A DNA stretch of 64,000 nucleotides from Bacteroidales bacterium (GCA_026418905.1 JAOAAK010000036.1:1163-65162); one strand, 5' to 3'. Positions 10,495-20,417 are shown, numbered from the stretch's first letter. The notes: a model not told the origin generated them from the sequence alone. Made by a program: numbers and translations.

Positions 10495-11185
10495 TTAAAG
10501 ACACAGGTATGATTTTCCCATTAATTACTTGATGGGCGTTTTTAAGAAAATAATAAATGAAATCACCTATTTTGTGGGGAGTAATTTTTGCTTGATAAGC
10601 TGGAAAAGCCTGATGAAGCATATCAGTGTCGACAGCACCAGGGCATAAACTATTGACTTTAATACCCTTCTGGGCGAGCTCAACAGACAAAGATTCTACC
10701 AAATTTACTATTGCAGCTTTAGAAGCTGTGTATAACGCCATACCTGGAAATTTTTTACTTCCTTGAAAACCTCCCATACTACTTATGAAAACGACATGGG
10801 AATTTTCAAGTAAGTAAGGTAAAATCAATTGAGTCAGATGCAAAGGAGACCAAAAATTAACATCAAACACAGTTCGATAATCTTCGTAGGTGTACTCAAA
10901 CCACTGCTTACAAATAATTGTAGCTGCATTATGTAAGACATGAGTCAAGCCTACGTTTTTCTTAGAAATAACGTCGGCAACTTTCTTTCTACCATCTTCT
11001 GTACTTAAATCTGCTTGAATCCATATCCATTCGGAACTATTTTTACTAGCTAATTGTGCTAATTCTTGAGGAGGATGGGATCGACTTACACCGAAAACCA
11101 TGTTCTCTGACTCAGACAAAGCACGCTCTACCAAAGCCAATCCAATCCCTCGCGAACATCCTGTGATTAAAAAAATATTTTTCAT
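10475..11185 (-). CDS. short-chain dehydrogenase/reductase (SDR)
   Basis: 236 aa. It has the TGCSRGIG cofactor motif and the catalytic YTASKAA (YxxxK). Confidence 0.85.
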   Translation of the reverse strand: MKNIFLITGCSRGIGLALVERALSESENMVFGVSRSHPPQELAQLASKNSSEWIWIQADLSTEDGRKKVADVISKKNVGLTHVLHNAATIICKQWFEYTYEDYRTVFDVNFWSPLHLTQLILPYLLENSHVVFISSMGGFQGSKKFPGMALYTASKAAIVNLVESLSVELAQKGIKVNSLCPGAVDTDMLHQAFPAYQAKITPHKIGDFIYYFLKNAHQVINGKIIPVSLNDPDDE

Positions 11186-11769
11186 TATTTCCTCAATCCG
11201 GCTACAAAAATATCAATTAAAATCATCATCTCTTGCTCCATACTAAAATGTAGATCTTCAATAAAATGAGGAATTTCTATTCCTCTGATCAATTTTGCCA
11301 ATGCTTCCGTTACTTTCTCCACATCAAAATCTTTAAAAACACCTTGTTTTATGCCCTGGCTGAGAATGGAAGATAAAATTTCCTTTTCTATTTTTTCGTA
11401 TCTCTCTCTGATTTTTTCAATCAAAGGCAGATGTTCTAGAACGTCTTTTTTTAAAAAAGCATAATACGATGTAGCTTCTTTCAAATGATTAAGTCTAAAC
11501 TGAAAATAAAATTTAACCTTTTCAATCGGATCATCTATCACCGAAAGTTTTTGTTCCAGATCTTTTATAACCTTCTTAGCTTCTTGTTCTATAATATTTT
11601 GAAAAATATCACTCTTACTGCGAAAATAGTAATATATGCCAGTCTTTGCACGTCGAGCAGCTTGGGCTATATCTGCAAGCGATGTTTTTTTATAACCTAA
11701 AGAAAAAAAAACTTTCCTTGCTACTTCTAAGTAATATTCTTTGTTTTTATAAGATTTCGCTTTTTTCAT
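11185..11769 (-). CDS. TetR/AcrR-family transcriptional regulator
   Basis: 194 aa with an N-terminal HTH (GYKKTSLADIAQAARRAKTGIYYYFRSK). Confidence 0.9.
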   Translation of the reverse strand: MKKAKSYKNKEYYLEVARKVFFSLGYKKTSLADIAQAARRAKTGIYYYFRSKSDIFQNIIEQEAKKVIKDLEQKLSVIDDPIEKVKFYFQFRLNHLKEATSYYAFLKKDVLEHLPLIEKIRERYEKIEKEILSSILSQGIKQGVFKDFDVEKVTEALAKLIRGIEIPHFIEDLHFSMEQEMMILIDIFVAGLRK

Positions 11770-12071
11770 GTGCTCACTACCTCCTTTGCATCGATTTCAT
11801 ATACTTCTACTTTTTCCTCTTCAAACGCACATTGCTGGTTATAGCTCGAAATTTCCTGAATAAGCTGACGAATTTTTTCATCGTCAGCCTCAAAAATAAG
11901 AAATGAAACATTATATCCTGGCCAAATGGATGTGTCTAATCGTGGATTTAGCTTGGCTGAGTAAAACAATACTTGAGGAATAAGATCATAACGGACATTC
12001 CCTATCTTTTCCAATATTTGTTCTATTTCTGATCTTGCAACAACGTTGCATGCAACATACAAAATTTTCAT
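11766..12071 (-). CDS. small P-II-like transporter-associated protein (resembles what I recall as the PG0541 family)
   Basis: 101 aa and cytoplasmic. The beta-alpha-beta pattern is MKILYVACN...IEQILEKIG...SFLIFEADDEKIRQLIQEI. It starts 5 nt after the RND permease stop and has a 4-nt overlap with the downstream TetR gene. Confidence 0.65.
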   Translation of the reverse strand: MKILYVACNVVARSEIEQILEKIGNVRYDLIPQVLFYSAKLNPRLDTSIWPGYNVSFLIFEADDEKIRQLIQEISSYNQQCAFEEEKVEVYEIDAKEVVST

Positions 12072-12075
12072 ATTT

Positions 12076-15000
12076 CTATCGATTTCTAAAAAAAATCTCG
12101 TACATCATGGGCATGAGAATGAGTGTAATGAAGGTAGAAAAAAGCAAGCCACCAATCATTGTAATTCCAAGTGGTGACCAGACTTCGGATGCCAATCCCT
12201 TACTCAATGCCATAGGCAACATACCCAAGATGGTTGTCAGTGAAGTCATCAAAACTGGTCGCAATCGGCTTTTCCCGGCCGAAACAATAGCTTCACGAAG
12301 TTTCATCCGTCGAGAGATCAGTAAATTGGTATAGTCGACCAATACGATTCCGTTGTTTACCACAACCCCCAAAAGCATAATAATACCCACAAAAGTAACA
12401 AGACTTAAGGTAATTCCCGTCACGAAAAAAGCCCAAATCACACCAACGAGTGCCAATGGAATGGTAAATAAAATAATAAAAGGAGCTTTTAGTGACTTAA
12501 ACTGAGCCACCATGATCATATAAACCAGCATTATACCAATGAAAAAAATTAATAACAAATTCGAAAAGCTTTCCATTTGTTCGTCACGCTGTCCACTTAA
12601 ATACACTAATACCCCGGGTATGTGCCGATAAGAACGAATTATTTTATCTACTCTTCTTGTTGCCTCGCTAAGTGAAACATGGGCTTCTATGTCAGCAGTG
12701 ACTCGGGCTACTCTTTCCTGGCCTAGATGTTCTATTTCAATAGGTGCACTCACTTTTTCTATTCTTGCTATTTCATTGAGAGGAACCATTTTTCCAGTTG
12801 GTGTAGATATGTATAAATTCATCAATTGTTCCATGTTAGATCTAAAGGAACTATCATAACGAACGAAAATGTCGTATTCCAGCCCTGATTGCTTAAAAAC
12901 ACCTGCATTAATTCCATAAATAGACTGCCTAAGTTGCATGGCAATTAATAAAGGTGTCAAGCCATGTATGATCGCTTTGTCCTTATCAATAATAATTTGA
13001 TAAACAGGTCTAGATACACTCATAGAATTGGTTACATTTCTCAAAAAAGGTAGTTGTTTCAAGCTATCTTCTAGTTCATGGGCAATTCGATAAAGTTCTT
13101 TCATGTTACTTCCTTTGATAATGATGTCAATTGGTCTGACATTTCCTAGAAGCGCTGTACCAAGAATACTTCCCCCCGAAACATGATACGACTCAATTTG
13201 TGGATATTTTTTAAGTTCTTCCGTCAACAGGTGTGCAATTTCATGCGATGATCTTTTACGTTTTTCAGGAGGTAAGAGATGTATGGCAATCGTAGCAATG
13301 TTTTTCCCTTCTTTGAATCCCACAGAGCTTAAAATACCTCGTTCTGTCTGACCTATCACTGTGAATCCATAAACCATTTCAGGAACCAATTCTTTCACCC
13401 TCTGCTCTAAAAGTATGGCAAGTTTTTCCGTTTCATCTGTTCGCATACCCTCAGGTAAACGTATTTCCATCATAATATCTCCACTGTCAATATCTGGAAT
13501 GTAGTCCATTCCAATTCTCAATGTTAGCAATATGGTTAAAGCCGACAACAAAGTGACAATTACAAATACAGTTACTTTGTTATTCAAAGCTAGTTCAAGC
13601 AATCTACCATAAATGTTCTCTAACCATTGAAATATTTTTTCGGTTTTGGCATAAAGAGGTATTTTTCTTTGTTCATGGACAGGTCTAATCAAAAGAGAAG
13701 TCAAAGTAGGAGAAAGAGTAATACTAACCAGAAGCGAAGCTAGTAATGCTGTCGTGGTAACAATCGCCATTTGTTTAAACATTACCCCTACAATACCTCC
13801 AGCAAAAACTAGTGGTACAAGGACAACAATGGTTGTAAATGTCGATGCAGTAATGGCCAAACTCATTTCATTCGTTCCAAATAAAGATGCTTCCCTTGGT
13901 CGCACACCTCGTTCTATGTGACGTGTTATATTTTCCAAAACTACTATCGTATTATCTACCACCATTCCTATGGCTATGACAAGACTCATTAGCGTAAATA
14001 TATTGACTGTGTAATCCAGTAAGTATATGACTATGTAAGATATGATGAGTGAAAAAGGAATGGTCATGGCAACAATAAAACTACTTCGCCAGCGCCGAAG
14101 AAAAAGCCAAACTACTAGTACAACAAAAATTGCTCCATATAAAAGTGTTTGCTGCAAATTTTTTAGAGATGCATCAATTGCCTCAGTGGTATTGAAAACT
14201 TCAGTGATAGTAACATCTTGTGGCAATTGCTTCTGTATGTAGGGGATTGCTTTTTTGACATTTTGATAAACTTGTAGAGAATTAGCATCGGACTGTTTTT
14301 GAATCATGAGAGCTACAGCTCGTCTTCCTTCTGTGCGAGTGATTTCATCTTTATCCTTATACTTCCACCTAATTCGAGCTATGTTTTTCAAGTATATATG
14401 GCCGCCCGCAGAGAGAGGAATGGACATGTTTTCGATTTCTTCAAGTGAAGTAAACTCAGCTGGAACCTCCAAAGAAATATCCCATCGATGGGTTTTTATA
14501 TTTCCGGCAGGAATAGAAGCATTATTTAACTGGAGAAAAGTCTGAATCTGAGAAAGTGAAAGTTTATATTGAGCCATTTTGTATGGATCCAACACAATTT
14601 CAATAATTTTTGTAGGCTCTGCAATCGTTAATACTGTCCCAACACCATCGATTCTTCTAAGTTCAGGAACAATGGTATTTTCAACCAATTCACCAAGTTT
14701 TTCATAGCTTTCAACAGCCCCCACCCCAAGAATGGCTATGGGAAACATGTTGTTTCTGATTTTCATGATTAAAGGTTTGTAAGCCTGGTCAGGCAAATCA
14801 TTTTTTACAAACTCTATCAAATCGCGTGCTTCTGCAGCAGCTTCTGTAATATTTGTTCCCCATTCAAATTGAAGAGATATGACGGAAACATTTTCTCGAC
14901 TAAAAGATTGAATTTTTTTTAGATGAGTAGTATTAGCAAGCACTCTTTCTAATGGCCTTGTGACTTGTTGTTCAACGTTTTCTGACGATGCCCCAGGATA

Positions 15001-15150
15001 GATCGTCATGACGGTGATGGCTGGTAACTCGATATCTGGAAACAAATCACGTGGAAGATAATAGTTTGCTAAGAGGCCAAATAAGAGCAAAGCTAAGAAA
15101 GCCATTATCACTCCCAGAGGATTACGAATGGATATTTCAGTTATTTTCAT
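12076..15150 (-). CDS. RND efflux transporter permease (AcrB/HAE family)
   Basis: 1024 aa with 12-TM topology and two large periplasmic loops. The family is recognisable from MKITEISIRNPLGV and VVDNTIVVLENI. Confidence 0.95.
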   Translation of the reverse strand: MKITEISIRNPLGVIMAFLALLLFGLLANYYLPRDLFPDIELPAITVMTIYPGASSENVEQQVTRPLERVLANTTHLKKIQSFSRENVSVISLQFEWGTNITEAAAEARDLIEFVKNDLPDQAYKPLIMKIRNNMFPIAILGVGAVESYEKLGELVENTIVPELRRIDGVGTVLTIAEPTKIIEIVLDPYKMAQYKLSLSQIQTFLQLNNASIPAGNIKTHRWDISLEVPAEFTSLEEIENMSIPLSAGGHIYLKNIARIRWKYKDKDEITRTEGRRAVALMIQKQSDANSLQVYQNVKKAIPYIQKQLPQDVTITEVFNTTEAIDASLKNLQQTLLYGAIFVVLVVWLFLRRWRSSFIVAMTIPFSLIISYIVIYLLDYTVNIFTLMSLVIAIGMVVDNTIVVLENITRHIERGVRPREASLFGTNEMSLAITASTFTTIVVLVPLVFAGGIVGVMFKQMAIVTTTALLASLLVSITLSPTLTSLLIRPVHEQRKIPLYAKTEKIFQWLENIYGRLLELALNNKVTVFVIVTLLSALTILLTLRIGMDYIPDIDSGDIMMEIRLPEGMRTDETEKLAILLEQRVKELVPEMVYGFTVIGQTERGILSSVGFKEGKNIATIAIHLLPPEKRKRSSHEIAHLLTEELKKYPQIESYHVSGGSILGTALLGNVRPIDIIIKGSNMKELYRIAHELEDSLKQLPFLRNVTNSMSVSRPVYQIIIDKDKAIIHGLTPLLIAMQLRQSIYGINAGVFKQSGLEYDIFVRYDSSFRSNMEQLMNLYISTPTGKMVPLNEIARIEKVSAPIEIEHLGQERVARVTADIEAHVSLSEATRRVDKIIRSYRHIPGVLVYLSGQRDEQMESFSNLLLIFFIGIMLVYMIMVAQFKSLKAPFIILFTIPLALVGVIWAFFVTGITLSLVTFVGIIMLLGVVVNNGIVLVDYTNLLISRRMKLREAIVSAGKSRLRPVLMTSLTTILGMLPMALSKGLASEVWSPLGITMIGGLLFSTFITLILMPMMYEIFFRNR

Positions 15151-16199
15151 AGTGTACGATTTTCAATAACACGAACCTTTTGTCCATCCTTTAATTGCTT
15201 AACTTTTGTCTTTATTACCCTTACGTCTGCTGGTATATCTTCTATAAGCACCGAATCACCAGTGGTGGCCGATACCTTAACTGACAATTTTCTAGCTATG
15301 CCATCCTTTTCAATAAAAACAAAACTTTTATTATTCTCTTCCATGATAGTTTCCAACGGCAACGCCATGCATTCTTTCTCTGGAGTTTTAATTTTCACTT
15401 TTCCTCCCATACCAGGCATAAGCCCAAGTTGATTAGGGACCACCACATGCATCCGGACCATCCTGTCTAGGGATGAAACAATAGGTTCAAAACGAATAAT
15501 CCTACCTAGTAAAGTAACATGAGGATAAGCAAAAGGCACTACCTCAACTTGCTGACCCACTTTAAACATCGGAAAATCCATTTCCCCAATATCAACCACA
15601 CATATAAGTGGATTTACTTGCATTAATTTTACGATGCCTGAGGTCATACTGTAAGAAGGATCCAGCGAAAAAGAGAAGAAATAATTTTCTCCTTCCTTAA
15701 TAAGATGTTTAACTACAACACCGGAAAAGGGAGCTCGGATCTCGGTATTTTTTTTCATGAGTTCGTACTTTGCCTGCGCTGCCTCAAATCGTGCTTTAAC
15801 ATGATCATAATCCTGCTGTGAAATACTATTCTTCTGCAAAAGATTTGAAACTCGATCAAAATCTTTTTTCAAGGTCATATACTCGATCTCAGCTTGAATG
15901 AGCATTTCAGACGACATTCGGGCAATAATTTCGCCTTCTTTTACATAATCACCCTCTAAAACAAAAATCTTTTCTACTTTTCCAGGAATGGAACTTCCTA
16001 CATTTGCCTCCTTATATGGCTTAAACACACCCTGATACTCACGCACCGCAGCATATTTTTGGAGTGTAGGATTTACAACATCAACCAGTATAATGTCTTC
16101 TCTTTCTGAATTTTTCTTATCATTCTTGTCGTCTCGCTTGCAACCTAAGAACAAAAGAAATAACAACGAAAAAAAACATATAAGTTTTGGAGTTTTCAT
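15147..16199 (-). CDS. RND efflux periplasmic adaptor (membrane fusion) lipoprotein
   Basis: 350 aa. It has a lipobox (FLGC), a coiled-coil hairpin, and a 4-nt overlap with the permease gene. Confidence 0.9.
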   Translation of the reverse strand: MKTPKLICFFSLLFLLFLGCKRDDKNDKKNSEREDIILVDVVNPTLQKYAAVREYQGVFKPYKEANVGSSIPGKVEKIFVLEGDYVKEGEIIARMSSEMLIQAEIEYMTLKKDFDRVSNLLQKNSISQQDYDHVKARFEAAQAKYELMKKNTEIRAPFSGVVVKHLIKEGENYFFSFSLDPSYSMTSGIVKLMQVNPLICVVDIGEMDFPMFKVGQQVEVVPFAYPHVTLLGRIIRFEPIVSSLDRMVRMHVVVPNQLGLMPGMGGKVKIKTPEKECMALPLETIMEENNKSFVFIEKDGIARKLSVKVSATTGDSVLIEDIPADVRVIKTKVKQLKDGQKVRVIENRTL

Positions 16200-16202
16200 A
16201 TA

Positions 16203-17669
16203 TCAATAATTTAACTTTCCCATAGCTTTCAACAATTGATAATATGCTGTCCAAGCTTGTGAAACTGCCTCTAGATGATCTACCTTAGCATGAAACCATT
16301 CAGTCTGAGCCTGAATCACATCACTTACTTTAACCATCCCTTCATCGAATCTATCTTTTTTCTGCTTAAGCTGTACTTCTTTGTGTTTGAGACCTTCTTC
16401 TTTAAAACGTACATTCTGAAGGGCTTCAATATAACTAAAATATTTGTTCTGAACATCAATCCGTATTAAATCTTCAACCTCTTTCTTAAGAAGTAAATCG
16501 TTTTGATAAGCAAGACGAGACATTTTTATCTTTTGCCAACGTTCACCAGCATGAAAAAGAGGAATAGTTATACTAACTCCTATCTGATAGTCATGATCAA
16601 AGACATCCTTCATCCCTTGAAAAGGCGAAGGTCGCATGATGAGGTAATTAGCTATAAAAGCAATCTGAGGAAGCATTTCACCATAAGACATTTTTTGTTG
16701 ATAGCTAGAAATATTTACTTTTTCTTCTAAAATCTTCATCTCATGTCGGTTATGAAGAGCTTCGTCCATAAGTTTTGACGTATCCAGCAATACTTCGGGT
16801 AAGATTAATGTTGTATCTGACGGAATCCATGGTGAATAAAGTGGCAAGCCCATTTTCTGACATAAAGCCATACGCATAAGATCAAAACCATGCGTGGCCT
16901 TCATTTCATTTAATACAGCTTCATTGTAATGTACCTTGACTTCTTGAACTTCTGCATCAGTTACAATTCCCTCCTCCCTGTAATTTTGCACATCATGAAA
17001 TAAAGCATCAACAAGTGACTTATATTGTTGTGTAAGTTTTCTTTTATGAAATAGCATAACCAATTGCATGTATTTTTCCATCACTTCGTATCCTACTTCT
17101 TCACGTGTCTGCAGAACTTGTTCCTGAATTAGTTTTTCGTAGCTTTTTGATATTTGATAACCATACCATATTTTTCCTCCGGTAAATATGGGCTGTTTCA
17201 AAGTAAACTGAAAAAGATAGTTATTCTTTTCTCCAACTTTGGCTTTATCAGCTGGTAACCATGCATAATTTCTAAAAATAGGATTACCATCTTTATCTAA
17301 GACTGGTTGCATGGTGTTGGGATCAATTACTAGATATGTGGCTGCAATAAGAGGATCTTTAAATTTCTCAGGATCAACTTGACCTGTCTGCTGATCAATC
17401 ACCATGTAAGGCACAAGTGGAAGAAGCACATCCTGTTCAAATAAACTCATCTGTTTATTCATTCTTAAATAAGTGCCACTTGCATCAATCGATGGAAAAA
17501 AATAAGTTAAAACAGACCGCTTAAATGCCTTAGCTGAATCAAGAACATTAGCTTTACGCTGCAAACTTATGTTGTTCTCTAATGCCATTTCCACACACTG
17601 TTTCAGACTGTAAGACTGTCCACTTAGCATCAAAGGAAACAACACATAAATATGAAAATTTCGAAGCAT
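16203..17669 (-). CDS. TolC-family outer-membrane efflux protein
   Basis: 488 aa with a signal peptide. The N-terminus LKQCVEMALENNISLQ is typical of the family. It is the first gene of the efflux operon. Confidence 0.9.
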   Translation of the reverse strand: MLRNFHIYVLFPLMLSGQSYSLKQCVEMALENNISLQRKANVLDSAKAFKRSVLTYFFPSIDASGTYLRMNKQMSLFEQDVLLPLVPYMVIDQQTGQVDPEKFKDPLIAATYLVIDPNTMQPVLDKDGNPIFRNYAWLPADKAKVGEKNNYLFQFTLKQPIFTGGKIWYGYQISKSYEKLIQEQVLQTREEVGYEVMEKYMQLVMLFHKRKLTQQYKSLVDALFHDVQNYREEGIVTDAEVQEVKVHYNEAVLNEMKATHGFDLMRMALCQKMGLPLYSPWIPSDTTLILPEVLLDTSKLMDEALHNRHEMKILEEKVNISSYQQKMSYGEMLPQIAFIANYLIMRPSPFQGMKDVFDHDYQIGVSITIPLFHAGERWQKIKMSRLAYQNDLLLKKEVEDLIRIDVQNKYFSYIEALQNVRFKEEGLKHKEVQLKQKKDRFDEGMVKVSDVIQAQTEWFHAKVDHLEAVSQAWTAYYQLLKAMGKLNY

Positions 17670-17682
17670 TTTATTTTTTGAA

Positions 17683-17690
17683 CAAAATTA
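17683..17690 (-). promoter_or_regulatory. Bacteroidota-type -7 promoter box for the efflux operon
   Basis: The minus strand reads TAATTTTG, 13 nt upstream of the tolC-like ATG at 17669. Confidence 0.35.
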
Positions 17691-17725
17691 TAAAATATTC
17701 AAAAAATGAGAGAATTTTTTTCACT

Positions 17726-17733
17726 TAAATTTG
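17726..17733 (+). promoter_or_regulatory. -7 promoter box placed 4 nt before the ATG (possible leaderless transcript)
   Basis: TAAATTTGAACCATG. The same geometry occurs at 53161-53175. Confidence 0.3.
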
Positions 17734-17737
17734 AACC

Positions 17738-18322
17738 ATGAAACAAATCTTGTTGATCGACAATCATGATTCTTTTACCTATATTCTTAAAGCATACTTA
17801 AAGCAACTTCCACAAGTTTCAAGGGTTGATGTGCATTTCCCAGAAAATGCTATGTCGTTAAATCTAAATTCTTATCATGCTATTGTTATTTCGCCTGGGC
17901 CTGGCTTACCTCAAGAAACGTTACTTCAAGAAATCATTCACAGAGCTTATGGTAGAATTCCTTTGCTTGGTGTATGCTTAGGAATGCAAGCTATTATTGT
18001 ATATGAAAATGGTCAGCTCATGCAACTGGAGCAACCCTTACATGGAGCACAAGTAAAAATTCATATCATTGAAAACTACCCTTTTTTCAATGCCGATTGG
18101 CATGAAATTTACGTAGGCCTATACCATTCGTGGGGTATGTCTATCAATGCTGTTCCCTCTTCCTTAAAGGTCACCTCCTATCACAATAATACTACTATTG
18201 CTCAATCTCTTATCCACATTAAATTTCCTTTGGCGGGTGTTCAATTTCACCCTGAGTCACACCTGACTCAGGAAGGAATGACTATTCTAAAAAACTGGTT
18301 TAATTCAACGATTCTTTCTTAA
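17738..18322 (+). CDS. glutamine amidotransferase subunit of anthranilate/aminodeoxychorismate synthase
   Basis: 194 aa. It has the class-I GATase motifs GVCLGMQ and GVQFHPES. Confidence 0.9.
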   Translation: MKQILLIDNHDSFTYILKAYLKQLPQVSRVDVHFPENAMSLNLNSYHAIVISPGPGLPQETLLQEIIHRAYGRIPLLGVCLGMQAIIVYENGQLMQLEQPLHGAQVKIHIIENYPFFNADWHEIYVGLYHSWGMSINAVPSSLKVTSYHNNTTIAQSLIHIKFPLAGVQFHPESHLTQEGMTILKNWFNSTILS

Positions 18323-19745
18323 CTTTTTCCACCATTTCCTTCCAAATAGGATCTGTCAGTTGTGCCAAGTTTTTACCATATTTAGTCATAAATTCCTTAT
18401 ACTCTTGAGTATCTAGTGCTTTTACAGCATCATCGTTTTCAGCTTTTACACCAACTTCTTTAGCTATTTTATAAAAATCCTCATAGTGATCCCTATAAAA
18501 GCAAGGTCTAATGAGATTTCCCGGATTATCTTTCAAGCCTATATAACGATGTTGCCAATCTCGACCTTTTTTAAACAAAGGAGAAAACAAAGCATCTTCT
18601 AACTTCTTTCCTTGACTATACAAATCTTCAATATTGTCAGTATAATAGGGTATGAAGACACATGGCATGATGTTTCCATCCCAATTTATGTAAAAGTAAC
18701 CACCCGATCTTCCACATGAAATACAACCATTTGACATAGGAGCACTATTCCAGAAATCAGCTAAAAAATAGTTTTTCTCTAGCAGCAATTTTTCTTGTAT
18801 TCTGAACAATTCAACTCGCTGCTCACATGTAAGCATTAAGTCCTTGGAAAAATTTCGCCCAATAGGCATATATTGAAAAATCCACAGATATGTTGCCCCT
18901 AATTCTTCATATAACTTATCATAAAAATCCATCTGAAGCAAAAGATTAATATTTTTACTCGTAGCAGTGATGGAAAACCCAAATGGTATACCTTCTTGAA
19001 TGAGATAATCTTTAGCTTTAAGAATTTTATCAAAAACATCTCTCCCTCGCCTATCATTGGTTTCTTTCTCTAGTCCTTCCAGCGAAATAGCTGGAGTTAT
19101 GTTACCTAATTGGGCCATTCGCTTTGCCACTTGTAAATTAATTAAAGTTCCGTTTGTGTACATCAGAAAGTAAGAATCATTCCATTTTTCTACTAGATCG
19201 AGAATGGTTTTGCCTTCATCATTATACATTAAAGGTTCACCTCCAGAGATAACAAAAAAACGCATTCCCAAGTTGTCGTGTCCGTCTGCTATAACTCTAT
19301 TGAGTAAATCCCATTTCATGATGTTCTTTGTTTGAAAAGATGAAGCTGCATAACATCCTTCGCAGTGAAGATTACAAAGCTTTGTAGGAGAAATAGTGAA
19401 AAAAGTTGGAGGTCTCATACCATATTTTTTTTCAAAATTTTCTCGTGCTTCTTTTGAAGAAGAACTGAGAAGAACATTATTAAGAAAAACTTGCACGATC
19501 TTTTGTAATACTATGGGTGAAATAAGGTTTTTATCGAAATTTCTCAAAATAGATTTGTACATAGCCCAGAAAGCAAGAGCTTGATATTCTTTGGTTACAT
19601 CCGAAAAACATGGATCATCGTTCTCAAGAACACTAGACTTGATTTTTTTTCGAACATAAAAATCAATAAGAGATCTCGTCAATTTCCCGCGTATCAATTT
19701 ACCTCCAATGTAGGAAGATACGGGAAAAACTGATATCGGAATCAT
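18300..19745 (-). CDS. radical SAM enzyme with ~120-aa N-terminal extension and C-terminal SPASM/twitch-like Cys cluster; substrate unknown
   Basis: 481 aa. It has CNLHCEGC (CX3CX2C, nt 19353-19376) and ISGGEPLMY. The C-terminal segment is CISCGRSGGYFYINWDGNIMPC. Confidence 0.85.
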   Translation of the reverse strand: MIPISVFPVSSYIGGKLIRGKLTRSLIDFYVRKKIKSSVLENDDPCFSDVTKEYQALAFWAMYKSILRNFDKNLISPIVLQKIVQVFLNNVLLSSSSKEARENFEKKYGMRPPTFFTISPTKLCNLHCEGCYAASSFQTKNIMKWDLLNRVIADGHDNLGMRFFVISGGEPLMYNDEGKTILDLVEKWNDSYFLMYTNGTLINLQVAKRMAQLGNITPAISLEGLEKETNDRRGRDVFDKILKAKDYLIQEGIPFGFSITATSKNINLLLQMDFYDKLYEELGATYLWIFQYMPIGRNFSKDLMLTCEQRVELFRIQEKLLLEKNYFLADFWNSAPMSNGCISCGRSGGYFYINWDGNIMPCVFIPYYTDNIEDLYSQGKKLEDALFSPLFKKGRDWQHRYIGLKDNPGNLIRPCFYRDHYEDFYKIAKEVGVKAENDDAVKALDTQEYKEFMTKYGKNLAQLTDPIWKEMVEKVKKESLN

Positions 19746-19773
19746 ATTTTTAGACTTTTTTTGTTTTATAGTG

Positions 19774-19781
19774 CAAAAATA
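19774..19781 (-). promoter_or_regulatory. Bacteroidota-type -7 promoter box for the radical SAM gene
   Basis: The minus strand reads TATTTTTG(CA), 28 nt upstream of the ATG at 19745. Confidence 0.35.
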
Positions 19782-19817
19782 GATAAAAATAACATAAAAT
19801 AAATAGTATTAAAATTT

Positions 19818-20417
19818 TTATTCTTTAAAATTTTTTAAACCTGCAATCACAAGATGTATCTCGTTATATAAATTCGCGTTTTCAGATCGAGAATTTCTGA
19901 ATAAAAATAAAGATATTTCCAGGCCAAGAATAATGTGAATGATAGCGGAAACAACTGCTTGAGGATTTTTAAAAGCAGGAAATATTTTAGAATCGATTCC
20001 TTCTTGAATAATTTGACTAATAACATTTTTTTCCCAATCAATAAATTGAATACGCAAGTCTTCTATTAAACTCACATCTTTATCAAAATCAGCCCGTATT
20101 CCTTCCAAGTAATTGATAGCTTTAACAACCATTTCACAATGTACAAGAAGAAACTTTTTCAACTTCTCATCTGCATTTATATTCTCGCTTAGTAACATTT
20201 CTAGTTGATTTTTTATTTCGTTAATTTCTTTCTGAACCACTTCCCGAAACAGATCTTCCTTACTTGAGAAATGATAATATAGCGAACCTTTAGCTTTTCT
20301 GGATACACGAGCTATTTCATCCATCGATGTCTTACTAAAACCGAAACGAGCAAAAAGTTTTTGAGCAGTTTGGACAATCACATCTCTCGTTTTTTCTATG
20401 CCCATCTTTTTTTTCAA
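19818..20417 (-). CDS. TetR/AcrR-family transcriptional regulator
   Basis: 199 aa with an N-terminal HTH (GFSKTSMDEIARVSRKAKGSLYYHFSSK). Confidence 0.9.
   Translation of the reverse strand: MKKKMGIEKTRDVIVQTAQKLFARFGFSKTSMDEIARVSRKAKGSLYYHFSSKEDLFREVVQKEINEIKNQLEMLLSENINADEKLKKFLLVHCEMVVKAINYLEGIRADFDKDVSLIEDLRIQFIDWEKNVISQIIQEGIDSKIFPAFKNPQAVVSAIIHIILGLEISLFLFRNSRSENANLYNEIHLVIAGLKNFKE

Noticed and set aside
18300-19745. Assigning the radical SAM protein as an anaerobic sulfatase-maturating enzyme.
   Set aside because: The CX3CX2C motif sits about 120 residues from the N-terminus rather than near it. No sulfatase gene is nearby, and I could not see the full three-cluster Cys pattern. I left it as function unknown rather than naming it.
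19746-19817. A possible TetR operator palindrome between the TetR gene and the radical SAM gene.
   Set aside because: Only trivial 4-bp-arm palindromes occur in this A/T-only stretch (e.g. AATAgTATT). They cannot be distinguished from chance.
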